DNA of 64,000 bases from Parcubacteria group bacterium. GTDB lineage: Bacteria; Patescibacteriota; Minisyncoccia; Phycocordibacterales; CALRHW01. The notes below the pieces were generated by a model. It saw nothing but the letters and a program-made list of their open reading frames with translations. It did no database searches and had not been told where the DNA came from. The stretch covers positions 27,640 to 91,639 of the forward strand of contig JBCLGW010000001.1 in assembly GCA_039740835.1 (NCBI GenBank), given 5' to 3'. The position numbers and the translations under genes were made by a program. Positions 30,685 through 41,322 of this stretch are shown here, one piece after another (the first letter of the stretch is position 1; each line of letters opens with the position of its first letter).

Positions 30685-33091
30685 CACCACAAAAAAACAA
30701 ACAATAGTTTTACTTGATGTTCACGCCATTATTCACCGCGCGTATCATGCGCTCCCAGATTTTTCTTCTACAAAAGGTGAGCCCACTGGAGCGCTTTACG
30801 GACTTTGCACAATGTTACTCAAAATCGCAGACGAAATAAAACCAGAACACATTATCGCTTGCTATGATTTACCAGAAAAAACTCACAGACACGAAATATA
30901 TGAAGCGTACAAAGGCACACGCAAGAAAATAGACGACGCGCTCATTGCACAAATTATTCGCTCAAACGATGTTTTTAATGCGTTTAATATTCCGATTTAT
31001 TCCTGTGCTGGTTTTGAAGCGGACGATATTTTAGGCACGATTGTAGAAAAACTAAAAAACGACAAGGACGCAAATATTGTGATTGCGTCTGGGGATATGG
31101 ACACCCTACAGCTCGTGGATGATAAAAAAGTGCAGGTTTACACTTTGCGAAAGGGGATAAAAGATACGGTTCTTTATGATGAAAAGGCAGTAATTGAGCG
31201 TTTTGGTTTTGGTCCGCGTCTATTGCCAGATTTCAAGGGACTTCGCGGTGACCCGTCCGACAATATTATCGGCATCGCTGGCATAGGTGAAAAAACAGCG
31301 ACGACGCTCATCACTACTTTTGGTTCTATTGAGGATATTTATAAAAAACTTAAAAAAGACGCGACACCTTTTAGAGAAGCAAAAATAACTCCGCGTATTA
31401 TTGACTTACTTTTGAAAGGAGAAGAAGAGGCGCTTTTTTCAAAAACACTTGCGACTATTCGCAGAGATGCGCCGATAGATTTTGTGGTTGCAGAAAAAAC
31501 TTGGAAAGAATCTATAAACATACCAGCACTAGAAAAACTTTTTGCCGAGCTTGATTTCAAAACTTTGCTCGCGCGTGTTGAGAATGTGGTGCTTGGCAAA
31601 AAAACTTTCAAACAATCGTCGCTTTTGGGCGTAGCTGAAAATGAACAGCAAAAACCCGTCGGCGAAACTCTTCCAGAACATGAAGAAAAACTTTTACTTT
31701 TAGCTCTCTGGATAATTGATTCAAACAATGCAAACCCAACACGCTTAGACATTTTGCGTTTTGCGCACACTGAATCTATTTCAAAAGCTCGCGATTTTAT
31801 TTATTCTGAAATTGAAAAGCGAAATCTGACGCGGGTTTTTAAGGAGATAGAAATGCCGTTGATGAAAGTGATAGATGCGATGCAGATGCGGGGTATAAAA
31901 ATAGATACGCAATATCTGGGAATGCTTTCAAAGGAATACAACGCCGAGCTCCGTGTGCTTGAGAAAAAGATATATGAATCTGCTGGCGAGGAGTTTAATA
32001 TAAACTCACCAAAACAAATGGGTGTAATTCTTTTTGACAAGCTCGGTCTTTTTGTGAAGGGGCAAAAGAAAACGGCGGGCGGAGCAAAGTCTACGCGTGA
32101 AAGCGAGCTTGAAAAATTGGCGGGGCTTCATCCTGTCATTGAACACATTTTGCGCTATCGTACACTTCAAAAGCTCGTTTCTACATATATTGATAATATT
32201 CCGACAATGCTCGGTGCTGATGGTCGTCTACACACTACGTTTTTACAGACTGGCACGACGACAGGGCGCATGTCTTCAAATAATCCAAACCTACAAAATA
32301 TTCCTATCAAAACAGAGGAAGGTAGACGCATTCGCAACGCCTTTGTTGTGGAAAAAGGTTTCAAGCTCGTCACTTTTGATTATTCGCAAATAGAGCTCCG
32401 TATTGCGGCTTTTTTGTCTGGTGATGAAAAGCTCGTGGAGATTTTCAAATCAGGAGGGGACATTCACCAAGCGGTGGCATCGCAAGTTTTTGGCGTACCT
32501 CGTGACAAGGTAGACAGAGAAATGCGTCGCAAAGCAAAGGTTATCAATTTCGGAATTCTCTATGGTATGGGCGTAAATGCTTTGCGTGCAAATCTTGGTG
32601 CAGGCACAACTCGCGAAGAAGCCCAAAAGTTTTTTGACGAATATTTCAATACTTTTACCGGACTTGCAAAATATTTAGAAAATGTGAAAGCGAGCGCGCA
32701 CAAGGTTGGTTTTACCGAAACTTTTTTTGGACGACGCAGATATTATCCAAACATCAGATCAAAACTGCCATTCATTCAGGCGGCCCAAGAAAGAATGGCG
32801 ATAAACGCGCCGATACAAGGCACATCTGCTGATGTTATAAAAATAGCGATGATTCGTATTTTTGATTTTATCCAAAAGGAAAAACTCAGTGACGAAGTTT
32901 TTCTGCTCTTGCAGGTGCACGACGAGCTTGTGTTTGAAATAAAAGAATCATCTGTAAAGAGTGTTGTGCCAGAGCTCGAGCGAATAATGGAAACAGTATT
33001 GATGCCGAGAGAAATGCTCGGCGTGCCACTCGTCGTCAACGGCAAAATGGGGGATAATTGGGGCGAGACGGAGGAGATAAATAAAAAATAA
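30677..33091 (+). CDS. polA: DNA polymerase I (compact)
   Basis: EADD, GDPSDNI, PNLQNIP, DYSQIELR, QVHDEL. Confidence 0.96.
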   Translation: MSSTTKKQTIVLLDVHAIIHRAYHALPDFSSTKGEPTGALYGLCTMLLKIADEIKPEHIIACYDLPEKTHRHEIYEAYKGTRKKIDDALIAQIIRSNDVFNAFNIPIYSCAGFEADDILGTIVEKLKNDKDANIVIASGDMDTLQLVDDKKVQVYTLRKGIKDTVLYDEKAVIERFGFGPRLLPDFKGLRGDPSDNIIGIAGIGEKTATTLITTFGSIEDIYKKLKKDATPFREAKITPRIIDLLLKGEEEALFSKTLATIRRDAPIDFVVAEKTWKESINIPALEKLFAELDFKTLLARVENVVLGKKTFKQSSLLGVAENEQQKPVGETLPEHEEKLLLLALWIIDSNNANPTRLDILRFAHTESISKARDFIYSEIEKRNLTRVFKEIEMPLMKVIDAMQMRGIKIDTQYLGMLSKEYNAELRVLEKKIYESAGEEFNINSPKQMGVILFDKLGLFVKGQKKTAGGAKSTRESELEKLAGLHPVIEHILRYRTLQKLVSTYIDNIPTMLGADGRLHTTFLQTGTTTGRMSSNNPNLQNIPIKTEEGRRIRNAFVVEKGFKLVTFDYSQIELRIAAFLSGDEKLVEIFKSGGDIHQAVASQVFGVPRDKVDREMRRKAKVINFGILYGMGVNALRANLGAGTTREEAQKFFDEYFNTFTGLAKYLENVKASAHKVGFTETFFGRRRYYPNIRSKLPFIQAAQERMAINAPIQGTSADVIKIAMIRIFDFIQKEKLSDEVFLLLQVHDELVFEIKESSVKSVVPELERIMETVLMPREMLGVPLVVNGKMGDNWGETEEINKK

Positions 33092-33092
33092 A

Positions 33093-33809
33093 ATGCTCTA
33101 TTTTCTACACGGCAAAGATACAAAAGCATCACGCGCAAAACTCCATGAGCTTTTGGATACTTTGCAGAAAAAAAAGCCGGATGCGAGCGTATTTAAAATA
33201 GAAGCAGAAAGTTTTGACTCGGCGCGTTTTGAGGAGTTTCTCAGTGGGCAAGGACTTTTTGAGAATAAATATATTGTTGTCTGTGACAAGATTTTTGAAA
33301 ATGCGGAGGCGAAAGAACAAATGGTCGCAAGCGTAAAAGAAATGAGTGAGTCAGACAACGTGTTTTTGTGTTTAGAGGAAGATGTTGATGCACCAACGCT
33401 GAAAAAAATAGAAAAGTACGCACAAAAAACTCAGAAATTTGAAGAAAATAAAAAGGTTGAGAGCAAGTCTTTCAATATTTTTTCTTTGACAGATGCGCTC
33501 GGTAGGCGAGATAAAAAAGAGCTTTGGGTGCTATATCAACAGGCGCTTGCGAGCGGGTCTGAGCCAGAAGAAATTCACGGTATTCTTTTTTGGCAGGTAA
33601 AAAGTATGTTGCTCTCAAGCCAGTCAAAGAGTAGCGACGAAGCAGGACTCAAACCTTTTGTTTTTCAAAAAGCGTCTGGCTTTGCAAAAAAATATTCGCC
33701 CGCAGAACTACGCGCACTGTCTGCACGGTTTGTGGAAATATACCACAATGCTCATCGGGGAATATCTGAGATGGGTATCGCGCTAGAAAAACTTATTCTG
33801 AGTATTTAA
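33093..33809 (+). CDS. holA: DNA polymerase III delta subunit-like (short)
   Basis: MLYFLHGKD, QGLFENK, FNIFSLTDAL, LKPFVFQKA. Confidence 0.75.
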   Translation: MLYFLHGKDTKASRAKLHELLDTLQKKKPDASVFKIEAESFDSARFEEFLSGQGLFENKYIVVCDKIFENAEAKEQMVASVKEMSESDNVFLCLEEDVDAPTLKKIEKYAQKTQKFEENKKVESKSFNIFSLTDALGRRDKKELWVLYQQALASGSEPEEIHGILFWQVKSMLLSSQSKSSDEAGLKPFVFQKASGFAKKYSPAELRALSARFVEIYHNAHRGISEMGIALEKLILSI

Positions 33810-33859
33810 AAAGACCGCTCAACTAGGAGCAATCTTTTTTCTGGAAAGTCGCTAACTTG

Positions 33860-33932
33860 TCCGCCCACCAGGACTCGAACCTGGGACCAAGTGCTTAAAA
33901 GGCACCTGCTCTACCAACTGAGCTATAGGCGG
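33860..33932 (-). tRNA. tRNA-Lys(TTT), CCA not encoded
   Basis: CCGCCTA-TAGCTCAGTTGGTAGAGC...CTTTTAA...GGTTCGAGTCC-TGGTGGGCGGA. Confidence 0.93.
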
Positions 33933-34014
33933 ATATAAAACAGCGCACGTTTTCGCCAAAAAACTTTCAGGCGAATATCAGAAAATATAACAGAATTGAG
34001 CTAAAAGTCTAGAC

Positions 34015-34380
34015 TTACAGCCTAGTAATATCGATTGCAAACCAGCCAGCACCAGAGAATAAGAGAGAGCAAGATATTGCGATTGTAAAAATATGCAACA
34101 TCATCTGATGCGTGGTGATAGTCTGCAAGCGTGATTTTATATAAACCACGCGCCCGACTGAGAGCGCAATGAGGAGTAGTGCGCCGACCTGAGTATATAT
34201 TCCAAAAAAGATTAAAAGCCCCGCAAACACAAAAAATCCGGAAAGAATTTTTGTTGTGATGTCGCGAGTGTTTTTGAAAATAGAATAATCTCTAGAGATA
34301 ATAAAAACACCGAGCACCAGACGGAGAATGAGTGGCGCGACGAGGACGTATGTAAATAATGCTGGAAATGGATTTAACAT
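34015..34380 (-). CDS. DoxX-like membrane protein
   Basis: APLILRLVLG, GIYTQVGA, SGAGWFAID. Confidence 0.65.
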   Translation of the reverse strand: MLNPFPALFTYVLVAPLILRLVLGVFIISRDYSIFKNTRDITTKILSGFFVFAGLLIFFGIYTQVGALLLIALSVGRVVYIKSRLQTITTHQMMLHIFTIAISCSLLFSGAGWFAIDITRL

Positions 34381-34425
34381 AACTGGATTATATCAAAGTC
34401 TTTGAAAATAATGTATGGTGTTGTT

Positions 34426-34926
34426 ATGAAAAAGACAATTTCTCGCAAGGTTGTAGCAAAAGAAGTATATGTGATATTGCACAATATTCGCAGTATTCAT
34501 AATGTTGGGTCAATATTTCGTACTTCTGATGCTGTGGGTGTGAGTAAAATATTTCTCACTGGGTATACACCGACTCCACACGACAGGTTTGGACGAGTGA
34601 GGGGGGATGTCGCAAAAGTCGCTCTCGGCGCAGAAAAAAGTGTTGCGTGGGAATATTGTAAAAGTCCGATGGCGCTTATAAAAAGACTGCGCGCGCAGGG
34701 GGTGCAAGTCGTAGCCATTGAACAGAGTTCGCGCGCAGTGAGCTATCGAAAAGTAAAAATAAAGTTGCCGAGCGCTTTTTTGTACGGAAATGAGGTGGAG
34801 GGGGTGTTGCCCGCGATACTACGAGAGTGTGACGTGGTCGCGGAAATCCCGATGAGCGGGCGCAAAGAATCATTAAATGTCTCCGTCTCAGCGGGCATTA
34901 CACTTTTTGCAATGCTTAATAAGTAA
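34426..34926 (+). CDS. TrmH/SpoU family RNA methyltransferase
   Basis: NIRSIHNVGSIFRT, GNEVEG, ESLNVSV. Confidence 0.9.
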   Translation: MKKTISRKVVAKEVYVILHNIRSIHNVGSIFRTSDAVGVSKIFLTGYTPTPHDRFGRVRGDVAKVALGAEKSVAWEYCKSPMALIKRLRAQGVQVVAIEQSSRAVSYRKVKIKLPSAFLYGNEVEGVLPAILRECDVVAEIPMSGRKESLNVSVSAGITLFAMLNK

Positions 34927-35773
34927 GTGTGTCTACGATTTTTCCTTGAGTATCGAGTAGTCTTATCGTTTCTCTCTTGCTTTTCCACAGAGGGACTCTA
35001 CTGTTTAAAAAAACTCGCCATTCTGACGTCAAAAAATATTTATCGTTTCTGTGAAGTCTCACACAGTTTTCGTATGACACAGTTTTATCTACAAAATCTT
35101 CACAGTACTGTGGGATGTTGTCATCTTCATTACTCTGGTATCTCGCACGCGTCTCACATCTTTTGAAACTATTTATATATCCTTGGCAAACATCACTGTC
35201 TTCTACTCTTTCTGGCATTTCTTCATTGTAAAGCATTGGACATTGCATTGGTAGAGAAGGTAGAAAACCCATTTTTTCCTCAAAATACCCAGTACAAATA
35301 TTTGTTTGGAAAGAATATTTTAAAGGAGAGTTTCCTGTAGCCACAATAATTTCACTACCACCTTTTACTAAAATAGGAACAGCAACACCTTCTTGTGGTA
35401 TTGCATATCCACCACCGATAAATATTTTGTTGCCAGTCACAGTGCTCTCTAGACTCCACCCAGTGATATTTATCGGCGTATCATTTCCCGAAACTCGTAT
35501 CGTCACATACTCAGAAACAGCGAGCCTGCCCGGATCTTTTATATCGCTTAAATAAACACGGTCAGAAAAAGCGGATTCGTTTGTGGGTGGGTCTTGGGGG
35601 GGATAGATTTTTCCACCAGTTAGAGATTGGCTTGAGTTAGAAACCGGATTAGAAAAAGAACTGATAACCTTTTTTGCCTCATTTGGATTGAAAAGTAGAC
35701 CGTCTTTGTGAAGAGATATCGCTACTGCAATAGTGAGGACTATAAATGCGATTATTGTGCCAGATTCTTTCAT
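34916..35773 (-). CDS. membrane-anchored hypothetical protein (lamin-tail-like beta domain, Cys-rich)
   Basis: EYVTIR...INITGWSL...IRLLDTQGKIVD. Confidence 0.6.
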   Translation of the reverse strand: MKESGTIIAFIVLTIAVAISLHKDGLLFNPNEAKKVISSFSNPVSNSSQSLTGGKIYPPQDPPTNESAFSDRVYLSDIKDPGRLAVSEYVTIRVSGNDTPINITGWSLESTVTGNKIFIGGGYAIPQEGVAVPILVKGGSEIIVATGNSPLKYSFQTNICTGYFEEKMGFLPSLPMQCPMLYNEEMPERVEDSDVCQGYINSFKRCETRARYQSNEDDNIPQYCEDFVDKTVSYENCVRLHRNDKYFLTSEWRVFLNSRVPLWKSKRETIRLLDTQGKIVDTLTY

Positions 35774-35779
35774 ATAGCA

Positions 35780-36694
35780 CTATTGTAGAGGTTTTTGGTG
35801 CCTAGTGCAAAAGTGAGAACTTCGACCACCGATCATTTTTCTTGCGATTGTTCCCGTGCACCCCCGTTTTTTACACTTTTCTCCTTTACATTGATATGCT
35901 TTGTGCGTATGTTGAAACTCTCCGCGCATGCCGTGAATGTTTCTATAGTCAGACATTGAGTCGCCACCAAAGTCTATACCCTTCAGTAAAAGTTTTTTTG
36001 TTGAGTCATACATTTTTTTGAGTATTGAGTCGGAAATATTTTCTGGCTTGGTCTCTGGATGCACACCACTTTCCCAAAGTATTTCATCGGAATAAATGTT
36101 TCCGATACCAGCGATAAGTGTTTGGTCCATCAAAACTGTTTTTATTTTTCCACGAGGTTTTTTGAGCAGTCGCTCTTTGAAAATTTTAAATGTAAAACTT
36201 TTTTTTAGTGGTTCAGGACCAAGCTCGCGTAGGTCAGGGGAGTGAGTGAGATTGTTTGTTTTAAGTATTGTCACTTTTGCAAACTTGCGCAGGTCAGAAA
36301 GTGCAACGTGTTTTCCATTTGAAAGAGAGATTACAAAGTGAATCCATGCGTTGAAAGGGTCATCTCGCAGTGGCCCAGCACTGATAGCTTTCCAAACTTT
36401 CCCTTTTTTCTCATATTTTCCATATAGTACGTGGCCAGTCATTTTCATGTGAATGAGAATTGTCTGATTGCCCTCTATATGAATCAAAACATTTTTTGCC
36501 CGACGACCGACTGAGATGATTTTTTTATTAACACAAAGCTTTTTGAATTTTTTAAAAAAGAGAGGATTTTTTATATTATCCTTGCCGGCATAAAAATCGC
36601 TACGATAGTCTGTCCAAACATCTTTTATGTAAAGCCCCGGCAAGACACTTTGCAAACCCGAGCTTGTAGTGTGTACTTCTGGTAATTCTGGCAT
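35780..36694 (-). CDS. mutM: formamidopyrimidine-DNA glycosylase
   Basis: MPELPEV, HMKMTG, AGIGNIYSDE, C-terminal zinc finger. Confidence 0.95.
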   Translation of the reverse strand: MPELPEVHTTSSGLQSVLPGLYIKDVWTDYRSDFYAGKDNIKNPLFFKKFKKLCVNKKIISVGRRAKNVLIHIEGNQTILIHMKMTGHVLYGKYEKKGKVWKAISAGPLRDDPFNAWIHFVISLSNGKHVALSDLRKFAKVTILKTNNLTHSPDLRELGPEPLKKSFTFKIFKERLLKKPRGKIKTVLMDQTLIAGIGNIYSDEILWESGVHPETKPENISDSILKKMYDSTKKLLLKGIDFGGDSMSDYRNIHGMRGEFQHTHKAYQCKGEKCKKRGCTGTIARKMIGGRSSHFCTRHQKPLQ

Positions 36695-36723
36695 GCGGTG
36701 ATTATACAGGATATACTTTTGTC

Positions 36724-37569
36724 ATGAAACTATTTTTATTAATCGCTGTTGCTCTTGTCGGCTCGGCTTTTTTGATGCCATTTTTACCGCGTGCGGAGAC
36801 AAAAAATGTGTATGTAGCAAAAATTATACCCAAAAAAATACTTGTGGTGGTGGGACACGACAACATTGTCTGGGGTTCAAAATTTCTAAAAACAAAAGAG
36901 GTTGATTTAAACAGAATTTTGGCGAGAGACTTATACAACTTTCTCAAAAACGACCCACTTTTTGACCCAACAGTCACACAAGTAGACGGCGATTATATTC
37001 CAGAGCTAAAGAATTTTCTTGATACAGAAAAAGAAAATATTGTGGTATACAGAGCAGAAAGAAAGAAAGAGTTCCCTGATATGCAAGATAATTTAAATGA
37101 AGACGTGCAACACAACAAAGTTACAAATGATGTTGCCAACAAACTCTATGGCACAAGTCTTTGGGCACAGAAAGAAAAATTTGATTTGCTTGTCCACGTT
37201 CATTTCAACGATTATCCAGGTCGTCCAAAAAATACAGCAGGGAAATATCGTGGTTTTGTTATGTATGTACCAGACCCTGAATTAAAAAACGGCGAAGCTA
37301 GTAAACCATTTGCTGAAGCGGTGTACGCCAGACTTTTGTCTACTGAAAAGCCAAGCAACTTACCTGTCGAAAAAGAGGGTATTTTAGAAAGTAGAGAACT
37401 CATAGGACTCGGCGCGCGCAACAGTCTGAGTATGCCATCGATAATCGTAGAATACGCATATATTGCCGAGCCACGTTTATACGGAGATGCTAGGACAGAG
37501 ACAATACGCAATATGGCGTATCAAACGTATCTAGGTGTAAAAGACGTTTATTTCCCAGACAACAAATGA
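36724..37569 (+). CDS. N-acetylmuramoyl-L-alanine amidase (Amidase_3-like)
   Basis: VVGHD, KEVDLN, HVHFN, IIVEYAYI. Confidence 0.8.
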   Translation: MKLFLLIAVALVGSAFLMPFLPRAETKNVYVAKIIPKKILVVVGHDNIVWGSKFLKTKEVDLNRILARDLYNFLKNDPLFDPTVTQVDGDYIPELKNFLDTEKENIVVYRAERKKEFPDMQDNLNEDVQHNKVTNDVANKLYGTSLWAQKEKFDLLVHVHFNDYPGRPKNTAGKYRGFVMYVPDPELKNGEASKPFAEAVYARLLSTEKPSNLPVEKEGILESRELIGLGARNSLSMPSIIVEYAYIAEPRLYGDARTETIRNMAYQTYLGVKDVYFPDNK

Positions 37570-38807
37570 GAGAGCTCTTCTCTTGAAACTTTTGCATCAC
37601 TCCACGGTTCTTTTTTGCCGTTTGCTCGTATGATATATGGGTCGGTACCTTTTCCTGTGATGAGTACTACATCGCCATCGCGTGCTTTTGATATCGCTGT
37701 GCGTATTGCCTCGCGTCTGTCCATAATTATTTCACTTGGTTTATTTTTTATACCTTCAGACATTGCTTCAACAATAGAACGCGGTTCATCATCATACGGA
37801 TCTTCATCAGTTAAAATTATTTCATCACAATATTTATCAGCTACCGCGCCCATTTCTTTTCTTTTCCAAGTATCTCGTCCACCACCACAATTTCCGAGAA
37901 CACAGATTTTGTGTTGAGTGGGGAATGCCTCGTAGAGTTTGCAAAGCGAGTCAGCGGTGTGAGCGTAGTCTACTATCACATCAAAGTTTTGCCCGACGTT
38001 TATGCGTTCAACTCGGCCTTTTATCGGTGCCACTTTTTTTAAGGCCCTTTTTATATTTTCTAAAGAAACACCGAGCGCATGCGCACAGGTCATCGCGCCA
38101 AGCGCATTATAAATATTGAAAATTCCGGTAAGTGGAGCAGATATTTTTTCGCCTTTAAATGTAAAATTAACACTGTTTATGCCTAAAGTGTACGGCTCCG
38201 CATCTTTTATACAAAAACCGAGTTTGTGTTCTACTGGCAGGGAAAGATAGAAAGCGCTTTCAGTGTCGTCCTTGTTGGCGATGATAAAGCGCTGTTTTTT
38301 GCGAGACCTAGCGAGGGCTTGCCCGATAGATCTTTTTGCATCACGATATTTTTCAAACGACCCATGTGACTCTATGTGTTCAGGTGAAAGATTTGTAAAT
38401 ATAAAAGCGTCTAGCTCTATGCCGTGATGTCTAAATTGTTTTGCGCCCTCTGATGTCATTTCTACAACAGCGTGTGTACAGCCAGCATTCACAGCGTCAC
38501 GCAAAAACTTTTGCATAAAAAATCTGCCAGGCATCGACATTTTGTACAGGTTCGGGGTTTCTTTTTTACCGATTTTGAAACGAATTGTGCCAGATAGAGC
38601 GGTGTTGTATCCTGCTTCTTCTAGAATCGCGTTGAGTATTTCTGCTGTGCTGGATTTTCCTTTTGTTCCTGTGATACCGATGACTACGAGTTTTTTAGAA
38701 GGAAAGTGATAGAGTATTGTGCCGATGTAAACAAGGGCTAGGTGATATGCGGGCATCAATGCTTTTAACACAAAGCTAGGAATTATTTTTTTTAGTATTC
38801 TTTTCAT
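37548..38807 (-). CDS. murE: Mur ligase, MurE-like
   Basis: GITGTKGKSS, TNLSPEH, VDYAHT, GGGRD, ITGKG. Confidence 0.88.
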   Translation of the reverse strand: MKRILKKIIPSFVLKALMPAYHLALVYIGTILYHFPSKKLVVIGITGTKGKSSTAEILNAILEEAGYNTALSGTIRFKIGKKETPNLYKMSMPGRFFMQKFLRDAVNAGCTHAVVEMTSEGAKQFRHHGIELDAFIFTNLSPEHIESHGSFEKYRDAKRSIGQALARSRKKQRFIIANKDDTESAFYLSLPVEHKLGFCIKDAEPYTLGINSVNFTFKGEKISAPLTGIFNIYNALGAMTCAHALGVSLENIKRALKKVAPIKGRVERINVGQNFDVIVDYAHTADSLCKLYEAFPTQHKICVLGNCGGGRDTWKRKEMGAVADKYCDEIILTDEDPYDDEPRSIVEAMSEGIKNKPSEIIMDRREAIRTAISKARDGDVVLITGKGTDPYIIRANGKKEPWSDAKVSREELSHLLSGK

Positions 38808-39376
38808 TATCTTGACCCTAAAATTTTTAGAGCTTGTTTTACTTTTTCTCCGGCGTTGTCGATATCTGCCGATACTTTTTTGAGCGCTTCGCGAGCTTCA
38901 CTTTGAGAATAACCAAGCGCTTTCAGTGCCTCTGTTGCATCCGAATCTTTTTGTAATTGCAAATGACTGCCGTCTAGCCCTTCAAACTTTCCCCGTAGCT
39001 CTATGATTATTTTTTCCGCAATTTTTTTTCCGACTCCTGCAACTTTTGTGAGATATGAGCTGTCGCCGGATGAAATAGCGATGCGGACAGTTTCAGGAAG
39101 TACAGCAGTAAGTACGCTGAGCGCTGTTTTTGGGCCGATACCAGAGACGGTGATGAGCATTTCAAAAAGCTCAAGGTCGGCTTTTTGGAGAAAACCATAG
39201 AGGTCTAGAGCATTTTCTCGCACAGCCAAAAATGTCCAAACGGTTGTTTCTTTATTTATACGCATGCCGTTTATCATCGCCGAAGTACAAAAAACCTTGT
39301 ATCCAACGCCTGAAACGTCGACTACGACATATCGCTCGTCTTTAAAGGTGACAGTGCCTCTGAGTTGGGAAATCAT
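38807..39376 (-). CDS. ruvA: Holliday junction DNA-binding RuvA
   Basis: VSGVGY, VSGIGPKTAL, ALKALGY. Confidence 0.95.
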   Translation of the reverse strand: MISQLRGTVTFKDERYVVVDVSGVGYKVFCTSAMINGMRINKETTVWTFLAVRENALDLYGFLQKADLELFEMLITVSGIGPKTALSVLTAVLPETVRIAISSGDSSYLTKVAGVGKKIAEKIIIELRGKFEGLDGSHLQLQKDSDATEALKALGYSQSEAREALKKVSADIDNAGEKVKQALKILGSR

Positions 39377-39449
39377 GGCTGTAATGATAGCAGAATTTGC
39401 GTTTTTGAGCGATATTTGCTACGATGTTTTCACATTTCAATATATAGAT

Positions 39450-39713
39450 ATGCCAATCACATCTTCAGCAAAAAAAGCCCTACGAAACTCAGCGCGCAAG
39501 CGAATTTTTAACATGCGTAAAAAAGACAGTCTTCAGGTTGCTTTCAAAAAACTCCGAAAACTCGTAGCAGACAAAGACAAAAAGGGTGCAGAAAAGTTTA
39601 TGTCAAATATTCAGAAGATTCTAGACAAGTCAGCAAAAACAGGACTACTTAAAGAAAACACCGCTTCTCGCAAAAAATCTCGCCTCTCTGCAATGATAAG
39701 AAAGATGGCTTAA
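39450..39713 (+). CDS. rpsT: 30S ribosomal protein S20
   Basis: MPITSSAKKALR...LDKSAK...NTASRKKSRL. Confidence 0.95.
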   Translation: MPITSSAKKALRNSARKRIFNMRKKDSLQVAFKKLRKLVADKDKKGAEKFMSNIQKILDKSAKTGLLKENTASRKKSRLSAMIRKMA

Positions 39714-39735
39714 ATCAAAAGTAAAACAAAAACAC

Positions 39736-39759
39736 AAAACCACCCGAGAGGGTGGTTTT
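39736..39759. terminator. bidirectional terminator
   Basis: aaaaccaccc-gaga-gggtggtttt. Confidence 0.85.
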
Positions 39760-41230
39760 ATTTTGGAATTTTGCTAAATCTATAGCCAGTTTGTTTGTTA
39801 AAGATAGTCTTCTCAAGACTGTTTTGATATGAAGCCAAACACGGATCTATTACTTTTTTAATATCTTCTAACTTTTTCAACTCCGGCTCCACATCAATAC
39901 CTTTGCCCTTTAAAAACCTTACTATCATTATTGCATGAGCCCACGCATCTCGTTCTTCTGATACATAAGTATCCATTGTTTTTTGAAAAGCAGCACTTTT
40001 TATAGGATAAAAACGTATTTGCGATTTCGTTTTAGCAAGCATAGATGGTAGCTCATCCCTCCCTGATTGAGAAATTTTAGTATCGGGCAGACCAAGTGTT
40101 TCCACATACTTAGCAAGTTCAAAATAGGCGTTGGGAATATTTATCACACCCTCTTGATTTGTGGGAATCTCTGTACCATTTTTATCCAAACATTCGATTC
40201 CAGATTTTTCTAATTGCTCCCAAATCTTGTCAGGTTCTTCATAGTCTTCACTATCTTTTGGAAGTTCGAGTTTAGAAATAAGTGTCGTAACAGTCTCATA
40301 AATTCCTTCAAACCCTGCTCTACCTTGATCAGAAGTATGGTAATACTTATTTTGCCAAGCATGAGCAACTTCGTGGAGAAGAGAAAGTATACCGCCAGTT
40401 TTTTTTAAATCTCCATAATTTACTATCTTATGCGACGGTCTCATTGCAAAACCCTCTGGGTCAGATTCTCCCATTTTATAATTTTTTAGATCTGCAACTT
40501 CTTTTTGCTTGTAACTTTTTCCAGTAATACTTTCGGCATCAGGTTGAAAAAAAAGCTCTTTATCCATAGCTCGCGGTACAAATTTGCAATTGGATGGCAA
40601 AAGAGCATTCAGGTCTAGAGTAATTCCATTTTTAATATCTTGAATTACCAACGAAGATTCAGCGTAATTTGTATTCCCTGGTCTGTCTATGGTATTAGAA
40701 ACTCTTTCGTAAATAAGATTTTGATTTCCATCTTGTTTTGACGCGTTAGTAGTCGTTTGTTCCACAACGCCATTTAATCTTTCGTTCTCCTCAACCCCCC
40801 CTTCAAAAGTTAACCTTTCTCTCCCATGAAGAGAGTCTTTTAATATTTCATTTCTTTGATTTTTGTATTCTTTTAGTGATAGTTCTTCAACTTCGTCAGT
40901 AAATAATTTGTGCCGTTCTGTACTCTCTGACGCCATTATCCAATTAGCTGAACCAACATTTGGGACACCGTCAATTTCCGGCTTTCTCAAACCATCGGGA
41001 ATTAGACCTCGAAAAAATTCTCCGGCCTCAGTGCTTAATTGTTTGGCATCTTGCTGTGCGTCAGCAAGTCTCTCAAAATCTTTTTGAATCTCTTTTGTAT
41101 CAAAAAGTTTACGTAAAATTTGGTCAAGAGCATTAAGCACCTTTTCTCTTAATTGTTCTCTGAATGCCTTACCACTCTCCGCTTTTATCATTTCAGAAGT
41201 TTCTGGTGAATTAGGGAATCTTTCGTTCAT
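39758..41230 (-). CDS. hypothetical protein with HEXXH zincin motif
   Basis: SLLHEVAHAWQ and distal EERDAWAHA. Confidence 0.65.
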   Translation of the reverse strand: MNERFPNSPETSEMIKAESGKAFREQLREKVLNALDQILRKLFDTKEIQKDFERLADAQQDAKQLSTEAGEFFRGLIPDGLRKPEIDGVPNVGSANWIMASESTERHKLFTDEVEELSLKEYKNQRNEILKDSLHGRERLTFEGGVEENERLNGVVEQTTTNASKQDGNQNLIYERVSNTIDRPGNTNYAESSLVIQDIKNGITLDLNALLPSNCKFVPRAMDKELFFQPDAESITGKSYKQKEVADLKNYKMGESDPEGFAMRPSHKIVNYGDLKKTGGILSLLHEVAHAWQNKYYHTSDQGRAGFEGIYETVTTLISKLELPKDSEDYEEPDKIWEQLEKSGIECLDKNGTEIPTNQEGVINIPNAYFELAKYVETLGLPDTKISQSGRDELPSMLAKTKSQIRFYPIKSAAFQKTMDTYVSEERDAWAHAIMIVRFLKGKGIDVEPELKKLEDIKKVIDPCLASYQNSLEKTIFNKQTGYRFSKIPK

Positions 41231-41322
41231 ATTATGATTATAACTCATCCTGAGCGAGTTGAAAGGAGTCGCACCACTGACAATTTCAAATTTTTCTTTG
41301 GCTGCAACTAATTCTAATAATT

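Noticed and set aside
39264-39449. N-terminal extensions in the ORF track (rpsT; also thyA to 61686, glyA from 61331, yqgF from 44281)
   Set aside because: They overlap neighbouring genes; homology and -10 spacing support the shorter starts.
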